Shown one piece after another: positions 27,676 through 37,263 of a stretch of DNA of 60,974 bases. The stretch comes from Candidatus Geothermarchaeota archaeon (GTDB lineage: Archaea; Thermoproteota; Nitrososphaeria; Geothermarchaeales; JDFR-13): assembly GCA_015523725.1 (NCBI GenBank), contig WAJV01000036.1, forward strand, positions 1-60,974, in the 5' to 3' direction. The notes under the pieces were generated by a model. The model ran no database searches. It was not told where the DNA came from and worked only from the letters and a program-made list of their open reading frames with translations. Both the position numbers and the translations under genes were made by a program. Numbering within the stretch: the first letter of the stretch is position 1; each line of letters opens with the position of its first letter.

Positions 27676-30465
27676 ATGTTTTCGCTGAAATTGTTCAAAT
27701 TATTTAATCGAAGGTTGGTTCGCACAATTAGCATTATTGTAGTTATAATTATAGTAGGTTTCTTACTATTGGCTCCAAATATTGTTACGAAATTATTGAG
27801 TGTTAGGTTCTATAGTAGATTGTTGGAATCTGTTGATACTCATTATCAACTTTTTGGGTATGTTGATAGAGGTAGATTATATGAGTTAAGGAATATTCTG
27901 GATAATCTTAGTGTTACAGGGAGACATGTATATCTTATTCTAGGTATAGATGTCAGGCTTTTTTATGGTAATAGTAGCTCAGTTTATATGGCATATACCG
28001 CCTACCCTGATTATAAAGATGCGTTGAAATTCATTGTTAATTCATTCAGGGGTAATGTGTTGAATTCTCCAGATGAGATTATGGTGAGCACTGAATCTAA
28101 TTTCTCTTCCCTTGAGTTGGATGAATCGTTGGGTTTGGGGGATCCAGAATCCAATTTACCATTTACTAATGTCTCTTTGGTTGGTGTATATGAGTCAAAG
28201 GGCATTAGGTTTATCAATTTCAGTCAATTTGGATATGGGAGTGGTGAAATAAGTGGTGGTGCAGAGGTATTTATTCACCCCGAATTGTTTTCCAAACTTT
28301 TATCAAAGTTTAAACCGGGAAGAATAAGATATCGATTGATAGTTGTTTATGAACCTAGTTTTTTTGAAAGCTTGGATTTACAAGAAGTAATTAGTAAATT
28401 AGGTGATTCAAATAATTCTATTAAATCATATGTTAATAGAATCGCGGATATCGATGATGAGTCTAATAACTTACTTGCTGAACTGATGATTTATTCTTTT
28501 GCCAGGAATTTTGTTAATTTAGGAATATACATAAATGCGATTCCTTTCTTCGTAGGGGTTTGGTACTTATTGTCAATCAATATCGATCTGTTAATTAGTG
28601 ATTACAGGCGCGAGATCGCTATTTTAAGGGCCAGGGGGATTCATAGTAGTACACTTTATTATTCCTTCTCAAGCTACATCATTGTCATTACTATTTTAGC
28701 TCTAGTAATAGGGTTTTTATCGATCCCTATCTGGCTTCCATTGATCTTTACTAATTTTGGTTTATCATTTGGGATAAATTACTTGAGATTTATCGATTGG
28801 AGTACAGCCTTTTTAGTTACTGCCACTGTATTGTTTATTATTGGAATAACTTTATGGAGACGTAAGAGAGTTTTTTCAGATATTGCTCCTTCAGAAGCTA
28901 TGCATTTACATGAAGTTAGTAGTGAGACTTATATAGAGAGACCGGTTACTAGAAGTACGATAATATTATTTATACTTGGTTTTATCAAGATCCTGGAGTG
29001 GCTATTAAATATAAACTTAGTAGACTTACTTCCCAGGGATGGAAACATCTTTATATTTATTGTTGGAGGATTGTATTCACTGTTGAGTGGATTCTTAAAT
29101 ATATTTGCTCCCTTGTTCTTCATATATTCAAGTATAAAGTTAATCACGTATTCTGATAAGGTTATCAGGATTTTAAGTAAAATATCTTCCATATTTGTAG
29201 GTAAGGGTTTCAGAAGTATTTTGGTTAGCTATGTATCTAGGAGTCCTAGGTGGCTCAGTAAAGGAGCCTTTATATCTAGTCTGATGATTGCCCTAATGAT
29301 TTTTAGTGTAGTTTATTCAGTTAGGAGTGTCAATTTTTACTTGGAATATAATAAGATTAATAGTGGGTCAATACTAGTTTTTCCGATTAATGTTGATAAC
29401 AGTGATTTAAATCAAGTATCAGAGAACATTAATAGTTCACTATCTAAATTTGAAGGTGTTGATACATGGTGCCTATCTGCTATAATCAATGTTGGGAATG
29501 TATATTTTAAAGGCAGGGAATTAATTTCTGGATACAGGTTTAGGTATATCCTAGTTGTAAAAAATACTGAAGATATATCTAATGTAATCTTTCTAGGCGT
29601 AGATTGGAATTACTTCGGTGAGAGTAGCCTTATTGATTCGGTGCGTAGGGGGTTGGTCGTAAGATATAAGTTATATAAAGAAATTGTCAATCAAATGGGT
29701 TTTCATATGGGAGAAAGACTTAAATTGTTTTTGGGGCCGTCTATTCCAATAAATGTTAATCCTAGGCTGAAGAATAATTTGTCTGAGTCCATATCGATCC
29801 CCGTAACTGGGGCTCTATATGTTATGCCTGAGCAATTTGACGCTATTACTACTATGGAAGCTCTTAATAACCTGGGATATAAACTAGATTCAATTAAGTG
29901 GAAGAATTATGTGTTAATAGTTCGTGTTAGCGATGGCTATAATTTTAGTGAGGTTAAAAATAGTTTGATTAAGCTGTTGAATAGTTATCCATTAGGTGAG
30001 GTAAAGAATACACTAATATCTCCATCAGTTTTTAATGGAGAATTTCAGTTAGTGTCTTCATATAGTTATTATTTATATGCTATTTTGGGAATACTTGCTG
30101 CTGTATCAAGCATATTGCTTCTGACTTTTCAATATATTAGACGTTCATTTAAGGATATGGTGATTCTTAGGGCTCGTGGAGTTAAAAATAAAGATGTGCT
30201 TAGGTTTATGTATGCTGTCTCTATTCATATCTTAATATTTAGTATGATATTAGGTATATTTACTGGGTTTGTATCTGGTTATGGAGTTAGTCAGATGAAT
30301 ATAGCTAGCCTAGTCGGCGGTAACCCACATTATACTCTAATAATAGATAGTGGAGGGATATCTGCAATTTTAGGCGTGGTTTTAGTGTATTTGTTTACAC
30401 CGATTCCCGTTATACTCAAATACAGGAAAATGGATCTTAATGAGGTGATTAAGCGTGTCGAGTGA
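27676..30465 (+). CDS. Large FtsX-like ABC transporter permease (two FtsX domains)
   Basis: 929 aa. It has two repeats of REIAILRARG / MVILRARG, each followed by TM bundles, and large loops rich in N-x-S/T. Confidence 0.75.
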   Translation: MFSLKLFKLFNRRLVRTISIIVVIIIVGFLLLAPNIVTKLLSVRFYSRLLESVDTHYQLFGYVDRGRLYELRNILDNLSVTGRHVYLILGIDVRLFYGNSSSVYMAYTAYPDYKDALKFIVNSFRGNVLNSPDEIMVSTESNFSSLELDESLGLGDPESNLPFTNVSLVGVYESKGIRFINFSQFGYGSGEISGGAEVFIHPELFSKLLSKFKPGRIRYRLIVVYEPSFFESLDLQEVISKLGDSNNSIKSYVNRIADIDDESNNLLAELMIYSFARNFVNLGIYINAIPFFVGVWYLLSINIDLLISDYRREIAILRARGIHSSTLYYSFSSYIIVITILALVIGFLSIPIWLPLIFTNFGLSFGINYLRFIDWSTAFLVTATVLFIIGITLWRRKRVFSDIAPSEAMHLHEVSSETYIERPVTRSTIILFILGFIKILEWLLNINLVDLLPRDGNIFIFIVGGLYSLLSGFLNIFAPLFFIYSSIKLITYSDKVIRILSKISSIFVGKGFRSILVSYVSRSPRWLSKGAFISSLMIALMIFSVVYSVRSVNFYLEYNKINSGSILVFPINVDNSDLNQVSENINSSLSKFEGVDTWCLSAIINVGNVYFKGRELISGYRFRYILVVKNTEDISNVIFLGVDWNYFGESSLIDSVRRGLVVRYKLYKEIVNQMGFHMGERLKLFLGPSIPINVNPRLKNNLSESISIPVTGALYVMPEQFDAITTMEALNNLGYKLDSIKWKNYVLIVRVSDGYNFSEVKNSLIKLLNSYPLGEVKNTLISPSVFNGEFQLVSSYSYYLYAILGILAAVSSILLLTFQYIRRSFKDMVILRARGVKNKDVLRFMYAVSIHILIFSMILGIFTGFVSGYGVSQMNIASLVGGNPHYTLIIDSGGISAILGVVLVYLFTPIPVILKYRKMDLNEVIKRVE

Positions 30466-31336
30466 TGTATATATATCTGTAGTTGATGTTGTCAAGATTT
30501 ATGAAACCGCTAGTGGAGGGGTGACTGCGCTTAGAGGTGTTTCTTTTACAGTTAATAAGGGTGAGTTAGTGGTTGTCATGGGCCCCTCCGGCTCAGGAAA
30601 AACGACTCTACTTAGTTTATTGGGGGGTTTGGATAAGCCGAGTGCAGGTGAGGTCTATGTCGATGGCCATGCATTACATAAAATGAATGCTAGGCAATTA
30701 GATAGTTTTCGAAGGAATTATATTGGTTTTGTATTTCAATTCCTAAATCTAATTCCTAAATTAACGGCTCTTGAAAATATAGAGATCCCTATGGTTGCTC
30801 GTGGATTAAAGGATGGGCGTGATAGGATTTTTGATATTGCTTCTCAACTTGGAATAAGTAACAAATTGAATCGATTAGTTGAGGAGTTGAGTGGTGGAGA
30901 GCAGCAAAGGGTGGCCATCGCTGCAGCTGTGGCATCCGACCCACCTATAATAATCGCTGATGAGCCTACTGCAGAGTTGGATGGTGAAACTATTGAGAAA
31001 GTTATGGATTTCTTCCAGGGTTTAAGAAGTATGGGTAAAACAATAATTGTTGCTACGCATGACCCTAGGGTTAGTAGGAAGGCAGATAAAATAGTATTAT
31101 TGGAGGATGGCCTCGTTAAGGGTGTATATAGAGGAGCGGAGATAGTGTCTTCCAATGTTAGTATTAAAAGTTATAGGGATTATATAAGAGGCAGGTTGGT
31201 TGAGATAGAGGATGAGTTGCGTTTGCTGAGTGATCGCTTCAAGAAGGGAGAGTTGTCGGTGGATGACTTTATTAAAAAATATTCTCGTTTGAGGGATATT
31301 AAGAAGTTTTTAGAGGATGAGTTAAAGTTTGGATAG
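30455..31336 (+). CDS. ABC transporter ATP-binding protein (MacB/LolD-like) with a coiled-coil C-terminal extension
   Basis: GPSGSGKTT, LSGGEQQR, IIIADEPT. GTG start overlapping the permease by 11 nt. About 65 extra charged C-terminal residues. Confidence 0.9.
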   Translation: MSSDVYISVVDVVKIYETASGGVTALRGVSFTVNKGELVVVMGPSGSGKTTLLSLLGGLDKPSAGEVYVDGHALHKMNARQLDSFRRNYIGFVFQFLNLIPKLTALENIEIPMVARGLKDGRDRIFDIASQLGISNKLNRLVEELSGGEQQRVAIAAAVASDPPIIIADEPTAELDGETIEKVMDFFQGLRSMGKTIIVATHDPRVSRKADKIVLLEDGLVKGVYRGAEIVSSNVSIKSYRDYIRGRLVEIEDELRLLSDRFKKGELSVDDFIKKYSRLRDIKKFLEDELKFG

Positions 31337-32065
31337 TTCTTTATCAATTTTGATTAATGCATATGTCGCTTTATCCCTGAATGATATTTCTGCATAATTA
31401 GATATACTTGTCTCTTCAGGATTTATCTCTATAATTTTAGCTCCATTTCTCCATGCCTCTATTGGGATCGCGGCTGCTGGATAGACTTGGGCGCTTGTTC
31501 CGATTACAAGCATTAAGTCTGATTTTCTAGCTATATCGAATGCATTAGCTAAGATGATTGGGTCTAATGCCTCGCCAAACCATACTACATCTGGCCTCAT
31601 GATCGATCCGCATACTGAGCATCTCGGAACTGTGCTATCTAATTTCTTTGTAATCTCTTCTTTATGCGTGCAGTTAATACATCTTATCCTTAATATGTTT
31701 CCATGTAATTCGATGATCTTTTTCGAACCAGCTTCTCTATGCAAATTATCTACATTTTGTGTTATGACATATTTTATTATATCTTTTTCTTCCCACTTGG
31801 CCAATATTTTGTGGGCTTGGTTTGGCTTAGTGTGTAGAATTTTGTTTATCCTTAATCTATACCATTCCCATACGAAATATGGATCTCTATGGAATGCTTC
31901 TGGTGTAGCTACCTTCATCGGATCTATTTTACTCCAAAGTCCATTACTGCCCCTAAATGTAGGAATACCGCTTTCTGCGGATATTCCAGAGCCTGTAAAT
32001 GCCACTGTGTAATTCGATTTTCTTATTAGTTTTGCAGCTAATCTATAGTGTTCCTCACTATTCAT
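31322..32065 (-). CDS. cobB: NAD-dependent protein deacetylase (Sir2/CobB)
   Basis: GSGISAESGIPTFRG, QNVDNLH, ELHG, and zinc ribbon CINC..CSVCG. Confidence 0.9.
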   Translation of the reverse strand: MNSEEHYRLAAKLIRKSNYTVAFTGSGISAESGIPTFRGSNGLWSKIDPMKVATPEAFHRDPYFVWEWYRLRINKILHTKPNQAHKILAKWEEKDIIKYVITQNVDNLHREAGSKKIIELHGNILRIRCINCTHKEEITKKLDSTVPRCSVCGSIMRPDVVWFGEALDPIILANAFDIARKSDLMLVIGTSAQVYPAAAIPIEAWRNGAKIIEINPEETSISNYAEISFRDKATYALIKIDKELSKL

Positions 32066-35000
32066 TTTCCTCTTTTTCTAAATATATATCTGGTTTAAAT
32101 TCCTCAATATATATCTCCTCAATAGGCTCCAATTTATCTATTATTTCGTTGTAAAGTTCATTCAATACATCCATGTAATTTATAATTCCTTCCTCTATTT
32201 TCTTCATTTTTTCTTCTAAGGCTTTTGTCCTTTCTTCAGACACCATATCTGGATATTTTTTATATAAGTAGTTATATACAATTTTACCTTTCTCTGAAGG
32301 GATTAACCATTTTAATCCTCTGCTCTCGAAAATATATCTCCTTTCAAGAAGAGTACTCACTATTTTCGCATATGTGCTTGGTCTTCCTATTTCATTGTTC
32401 TTCATTTTTTTAATTATATCTCCCTGGGTATATCCATATATAGTAGGTTTTTCTTTTAGACTCAATTTAATTGGCTTTAATGTGGTTTTATTTGGTATTT
32501 TTTCTTTTATTTGAATATATTTATTCACTTGATTGAAGCCTTCATTAATTATGCTAATAACCCTATCTTCTTTATGGATTGCCTTGCTATCAATTGATAT
32601 TTTTATTGATTGTTTTACGACTTCACTAGGTGCCATTTGGCTTGCTATGAATCTCCTGAATATCATGGAGTATATTTTTATATGATTTTTTGTTATAGGT
32701 GCATAGAGTGTTATGTCTCCTTGATTTATTAATTCAATTAATGTATCTGCATCTATGGGTCTAGTTGGTCTAATGCATTCATGTGCACCTCCTTCCCCCC
32801 ATTTTCTTGGTCTAAATAATTTATCTATTTCTTCGGTTATGGTTGTTAGATATTCCTTGGCAATTTGGATTCCTTTATCGGATACCCTTGTGGAATCTGT
32901 TCTGTGATAGGTTATTAATCCTAATTCGAACAACTCTTGGGCAATTCTCATTGTTTCACTTGCACCTAGTTTTAAGTACCTACTGCTATCCTCTAATAAT
33001 GTGTCGGTTGTATATGGAGGGGGTGGATTTATGGAGTCTCTATACTCTTTCTCTACTACTATATTGAATTGTGTCTCGTGACTTATTTCTCCCACAGATT
33101 CTTTAGGTATCTCTAGTCTGATATTATAAGGTAATTCTATTTCATATATTTCTTTAACACTATTCTGTACTTCGTTCCATCGTTTTATTATCCATCCCAA
33201 TACTGGAGTCTGGACCCTGCCTGCACTCCATTCACCTTTTCTCCACTTATACCATTTTTTATTACCAATTAGTTCCTTTAACTCTGTTCTGAGTTTGCTT
33301 GATAATAGGAATCCTATCCATCTATCCTCTATTCTCCTAACAATTTGTGCCTCTACATATTCTTTTATGAAATCTCTTGGTTCTGATAGGGCTTTTAGTA
33401 TTGCTTTCTTGGTTATTTCATGGAATTCGAGTCTTAATATCTTCTGGGTATAGGGACGTATTAGGATAGCGATGTCCCAACCAATTTTTTCACCCTCGAC
33501 GTCTGGGTCTGTAGCGATTAATACTTCATCAACCTCGGAGGCGAGTTCTTTTATAAACTCAACTCTATCGATTGAATTGTATATCTTATCTGAACCACAT
33601 TTTGGGCATTTATCATGTTCTGAGGTGAATTGGTGTCCGCATTTAAGGCATCTCTTAATAGAGTTGTATAAGGGAATAAATTTACCATTATTTATGTATA
33701 TTCCATATAATAGTTTATTCTCTAACTCGATTTTCCTTGGGAATGTTGCTAAGTCATATACATGTCCACCGCTAGCTGTTATCATAAGTATTATGCTTCC
33801 AATTGATACTTCATACACAATGTTACTGTTTTTTCTCCTTATAGTTGGTTTACCGAAGAATCCCGCTATTGTTCTTGCTTTATTGGGTGACTCTACTATC
33901 ATCAGTTTAGTTTTCACTGGATCTTTAAATTCCGCTGTTATCTTGCCTAATTTAATTAGCTTTACTTTTTCCCTATCCTCATCTATCTCTCTCAGGAGCT
34001 TATCTAGATTTATTTCTGATATTGGTTTCCAATCACTATCCTCGACTATCCATTTCATTCTGGTTATCAATCCTTTTAATAATTTTTCATGATCAACCAC
34101 TATAACGGATAGTCCTTTCGTTATTCCCCCAGCATATAGTCGGCTCGTTCTCCCACTTGCTTGGATGTATGTCATTAGATCAGGTATAAGGAGGTATAAT
34201 TTTCCCTCCTCGATTAATACTTCTACATGTTTTAATTTAGATATCTTTGCATATGCATTTTCTTTCTTTAATGTGCTTCTTATAAATTCTTTTATCTCAA
34301 CAATCTTTTCTTCATATTTGTTTGATGGCTCCCTAACCCCGCTTAATAATTCATTAATATACATTAGTCTTACATAGCTAGCTCTTTGAATAAGCCTATT
34401 TATTATTCTGAGATAGTTATCTATGATTTTTGGATCAGATAATCCGGCCTCCTTTATTATTGGGAGGATTCTAGCTAGGTGTAATGGGGTGGGGGCCTCT
34501 AGGTCTGTGCTAAACTTAAATCTTGGGACACCTACAAATAAAGCGTATCTAATTTTTTCAGGGATATCCAGCCCCCTCACCATTACTCCGTAGTAAATGG
34601 CTATCCCAATCAGTACATCTATTTCTCCTGATAAAAATTTTTTTAAGTCCGTCTTATCTTCAGCTGTTACTACACCCACCTTCAACCCGTGGCTTTTTAG
34701 TATATCTGCTAAATAATGTGCATAATCTATCCCTTTATCTACAGGTATGTATATTAGGCCGCCGCTTCCTAACTTCTTTACTAGTTCTACAACTTTAACC
34801 TCCATATCTACGTCTGGATATGTATATGCATCAACAATATTTCTTATTATATCGGATCTCATTCCCACCTGGAAGTCTAAGATTTCCCTAAATAACCTTA
34901 CTTTTAGTCCCCTCGGTCTGCCTGTTGCTGTAGATACTATTAGGATTCCATGGATCTTCTTTTTAGATTTATTTATTATGTTGCTGATTCTGCCTATTTT

Positions 35001-35807
35001 TTTTAATATATTTTCCTTCTCCTCTTTACTTGTGGCTAGTTTAATCTTTAATTTAATTGCCTCCATGGCTTTTTCAATAATTTCTTCTTCTACACCTATT
35101 AGGTTGAGAATCTTATCGATATTCTTACTTCTTCTTATTATTGCATCTACGTCGTCTACAAATATTAATTTGAAGGATTTATCTTTTATTAGGTCGAATC
35201 TGGTTGATAAGAATTGATTAGTAGTTATTAGAATATGGAAGTCCCCTTCTTTAATACGCTTTAGTTTCTCGTTTCTATCTTCTATGTGAGAGTGGTATCC
35301 TATTATTTTTATTTTCAATCCCATTTTACTTGAATACTGATTCAGTCTATCGGTTATTTGGTCAACTAGTGTTGTGGTGGGTACAAGTATATAGGATTTC
35401 CCTTTCTTCTTATAACCACTCAGATATAATGACATCATCATTCCAAATAATGTTTTTCCAACTCCCGTGGGTGCTAGTATGGAAAAGCTTTCTTTTTTGA
35501 AAACCCTTTTAGCCCAAGTTTTTTGGGCGCTCCATGGTGGATTACCAATTATTTTGGTGAAGAATCTTATGAATTCTCTCGTGTCTTTTTCTATTCTATA
35601 TAGTTGCTCAAATCTTTTTGTTAAGACGCCTCTATTCTTCAATTCTTGATATATAAAATCAATTTCCCTTTTCTCAGGTACTTTTGGTAAACATTTTTTA
35701 CATGGTAGCCCTAAATATAGTCTATCATCACCTATCTCTCCACCACAATTTATGCATGAATGCATATACCTTGCATGTTCGTCTATAATCAGCTTTTCAT
35801 TATTCAT
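32058..35807 (-). CDS. rgy: Reverse gyrase
   Basis: 1249 aa. N-terminal zinc finger, helicase motifs APTGVGKT / DDVD / STATG, Toprim MIVESPNKA, internal CLKCG..CPKCG finger, and topoisomerase IA active-site context ITYHRTDS. Confidence 0.95.
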   Translation of the reverse strand: MNNEKLIIDEHARYMHSCINCGGEIGDDRLYLGLPCKKCLPKVPEKREIDFIYQELKNRGVLTKRFEQLYRIEKDTREFIRFFTKIIGNPPWSAQKTWAKRVFKKESFSILAPTGVGKTLFGMMMSLYLSGYKKKGKSYILVPTTTLVDQITDRLNQYSSKMGLKIKIIGYHSHIEDRNEKLKRIKEGDFHILITTNQFLSTRFDLIKDKSFKLIFVDDVDAIIRRSKNIDKILNLIGVEEEIIEKAMEAIKLKIKLATSKEEKENILKKIGRISNIINKSKKKIHGILIVSTATGRPRGLKVRLFREILDFQVGMRSDIIRNIVDAYTYPDVDMEVKVVELVKKLGSGGLIYIPVDKGIDYAHYLADILKSHGLKVGVVTAEDKTDLKKFLSGEIDVLIGIAIYYGVMVRGLDIPEKIRYALFVGVPRFKFSTDLEAPTPLHLARILPIIKEAGLSDPKIIDNYLRIINRLIQRASYVRLMYINELLSGVREPSNKYEEKIVEIKEFIRSTLKKENAYAKISKLKHVEVLIEEGKLYLLIPDLMTYIQASGRTSRLYAGGITKGLSVIVVDHEKLLKGLITRMKWIVEDSDWKPISEINLDKLLREIDEDREKVKLIKLGKITAEFKDPVKTKLMIVESPNKARTIAGFFGKPTIRRKNSNIVYEVSIGSIILMITASGGHVYDLATFPRKIELENKLLYGIYINNGKFIPLYNSIKRCLKCGHQFTSEHDKCPKCGSDKIYNSIDRVEFIKELASEVDEVLIATDPDVEGEKIGWDIAILIRPYTQKILRLEFHEITKKAILKALSEPRDFIKEYVEAQIVRRIEDRWIGFLLSSKLRTELKELIGNKKWYKWRKGEWSAGRVQTPVLGWIIKRWNEVQNSVKEIYEIELPYNIRLEIPKESVGEISHETQFNIVVEKEYRDSINPPPPYTTDTLLEDSSRYLKLGASETMRIAQELFELGLITYHRTDSTRVSDKGIQIAKEYLTTITEEIDKLFRPRKWGEGGAHECIRPTRPIDADTLIELINQGDITLYAPITKNHIKIYSMIFRRFIASQMAPSEVVKQSIKISIDSKAIHKEDRVISIINEGFNQVNKYIQIKEKIPNKTTLKPIKLSLKEKPTIYGYTQGDIIKKMKNNEIGRPSTYAKIVSTLLERRYIFESRGLKWLIPSEKGKIVYNYLYKKYPDMVSEERTKALEEKMKKIEEGIINYMDVLNELYNEIIDKLEPIEEIYIEEFKPDIYLEKEENE

Positions 35808-35881
35808 TTGACTTTTTCCCCTATAATGGATTTTAAAAACAATTTTTCTATATAAATAGACGATATATTTAATTGGTGGAT
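35808..35881. promoter_or_regulatory. Divergent promoter region between rgy and the KaiC-like gene
   Basis: TATAAATA at 35851-35858 lies 24-31 nt upstream of ATG 35882. CCATTATAG (reverse strand, ~35825-35833) lies ~20 nt upstream of the rgy ATG. Confidence 0.4.
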
Positions 35882-37261
35882 ATGGAGCGTTTATCTACTG
35901 GTGTAGCATCTCTCGATAAATTAATTGGGGGTGGAATCCCGCGGGGTTTTATGGTAGCTGCTGTTGGTGAACCTGGTACTGGGAAGACGATTCTGTGTCT
36001 ACATTTCATTAATGAAGGGATTCGGGTGGGGGATAAAAATATTTACGTTACTACGGAAGAGACTAGGGACTCTATAATTAGTCAGGCTAGTCAATTTGGT
36101 ATGGATTTTAAATCCGCGATTAATGAAGGGAAGTTGATTATTATTGATGCTTTGATGGGTAATGATGAGTGGACGTTGAAGTATCTCGATGTGGATGAAT
36201 TAATTAATAAAGTCGTGGAGGCTAAAAAGAGATTGGGATATGGAAGGGCTAGGCTGGTGATAGATAGTTTATCCGCTTTTTGGCTTTCGAAGCCAGCTAT
36301 GGCTCGACAGTATTCCTATACATTAAAGAAGGTTCTTTCTAAATGGGATTTCACTGTATTGGTTACTAGTCAATATGCAATAACTACCTCTGTGCCACCT
36401 GATATACCTGTGTTTGTCAATTTAGATGGGGAGATTCGTTCGATGGAGATTGGAGAATTGGTTGACTCTGTATTGGATAATTCATTGAGTGGAGATATAA
36501 ATGTTTTATCTATGGATTGGAATTCATATAGGCTGGTGTGGAGTAGAGTTGGAAAATTTATTCGCCACATCTATAGTGGATACATATATGAATTGGTTTT
36601 CGCAGATGGCTCTAATATTAGAGTGACAGCTGGGCACTCGGTGTATGTTTACAGGAAGGGGAAGATTATCGCAGTTCCAACTGATGAAATCGATATAGGT
36701 GATTATGTTTTAACTATCTCTAATTCTATTAGGCATGAATTCCTCTATCCAGTTTTATCATCCTCAAATAGTTTGAAAAGTGATGGAGGTGTAGAGTTAC
36801 TTGGGTCAAAAGGTAGGTTATTCGATAGAATTCGGTCCTCTAACAAGATTGGTCTTGACATGTCTATGGGTGATATTGAATTGGTGAGAGTAGTTGCTAT
36901 TAATAGGGAGAGGGTTAAAGACACCTATGTATACGATCTTTCAGTTAATGGGACTGAGAATTTTATAGCTGGATTCGGTGGTGTGGTGTGTCATAATTCT
37001 GAGGCATTTGGATTTGGTGTTGAGCATGTGGCGGATGGTATACTTAGGTTCAGGAAGAGTATAAAGGGGAATATACTTAAAAGGTACATTGTTATAGAGA
37101 AGATGAGGCAAACAAACCATAGTTTATATGTGCATGAGATTCAGATTGTTCCTGGTAGAGGTTTTATTATTACTTCACCAGCATTAATGAGGAGAGAGGA
37201 TTTTGCTCTTCCTGAGAAGGTTATGCGTAAATTGGGTGATAAAGAAGCGGAGGAGGAGTAG
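35882..37261 (+). CDS. KaiC/RecA-superfamily ATPase interrupted by a mini-intein
   Basis: LDKLIGGGIPRG, Walker A GEPGTGKT, Walker B LVIDSLS, and VLVTSQ...(intein)...SEAFGFGVEHVADGILRF. The ORF is open from TTG 35873; ATG 35882 preferred. Confidence 0.8.
   Translation: MERLSTGVASLDKLIGGGIPRGFMVAAVGEPGTGKTILCLHFINEGIRVGDKNIYVTTEETRDSIISQASQFGMDFKSAINEGKLIIIDALMGNDEWTLKYLDVDELINKVVEAKKRLGYGRARLVIDSLSAFWLSKPAMARQYSYTLKKVLSKWDFTVLVTSQYAITTSVPPDIPVFVNLDGEIRSMEIGELVDSVLDNSLSGDINVLSMDWNSYRLVWSRVGKFIRHIYSGYIYELVFADGSNIRVTAGHSVYVYRKGKIIAVPTDEIDIGDYVLTISNSIRHEFLYPVLSSSNSLKSDGGVELLGSKGRLFDRIRSSNKIGLDMSMGDIELVRVVAINRERVKDTYVYDLSVNGTENFIAGFGGVVCHNSEAFGFGVEHVADGILRFRKSIKGNILKRYIVIEKMRQTNHSLYVHEIQIVPGRGFIITSPALMRREDFALPEKVMRKLGDKEAEEE
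36389..36997 (+). mobile_element. Mini-intein (203 aa, no homing endonuclease domain)
   Basis: Block A-like SVPPDIPV (Ser1), block B VTAGH (TxxH), block F VYDLSVNGTENFIAG, block G GVVCHN followed by +1 Ser. Flanking exteins join into a normal KaiC-like core. Confidence 0.75.
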
Positions 37262-37263
37262 GC

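Noticed and set aside
31322-32065. Sir2-domain protein as a possible anti-phage effector (Thoeris, DSR, or SIR2-HerA type).
   Set aside because: It is a short canonical CobB-type deacetylase with an intact zinc ribbon and catalytic His. It has no fused sensor domain and no HerA, TIR or Argonaute partner, and it is co-transcribed with reverse gyrase.
36650-36940. Homing endonuclease (LAGLIDADG or HNH) inside the intein.
   Set aside because: The ~95 residues between blocks B and F contain no LAGLIDADG-like or HNH-like motif. This region is too short for a functional endonuclease domain, so the element is called a mini-intein.
35882-37261. KaiC-like ATPase (and the PIN/PilT ATPase at 15051-16607) as parts of a defence or toxin system.
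   Set aside because: No nuclease, methylase, toxin or other partner genes are adjacent. The neighbours are housekeeping genes (rgy, glycerate kinase, aminotransferase, thrC).
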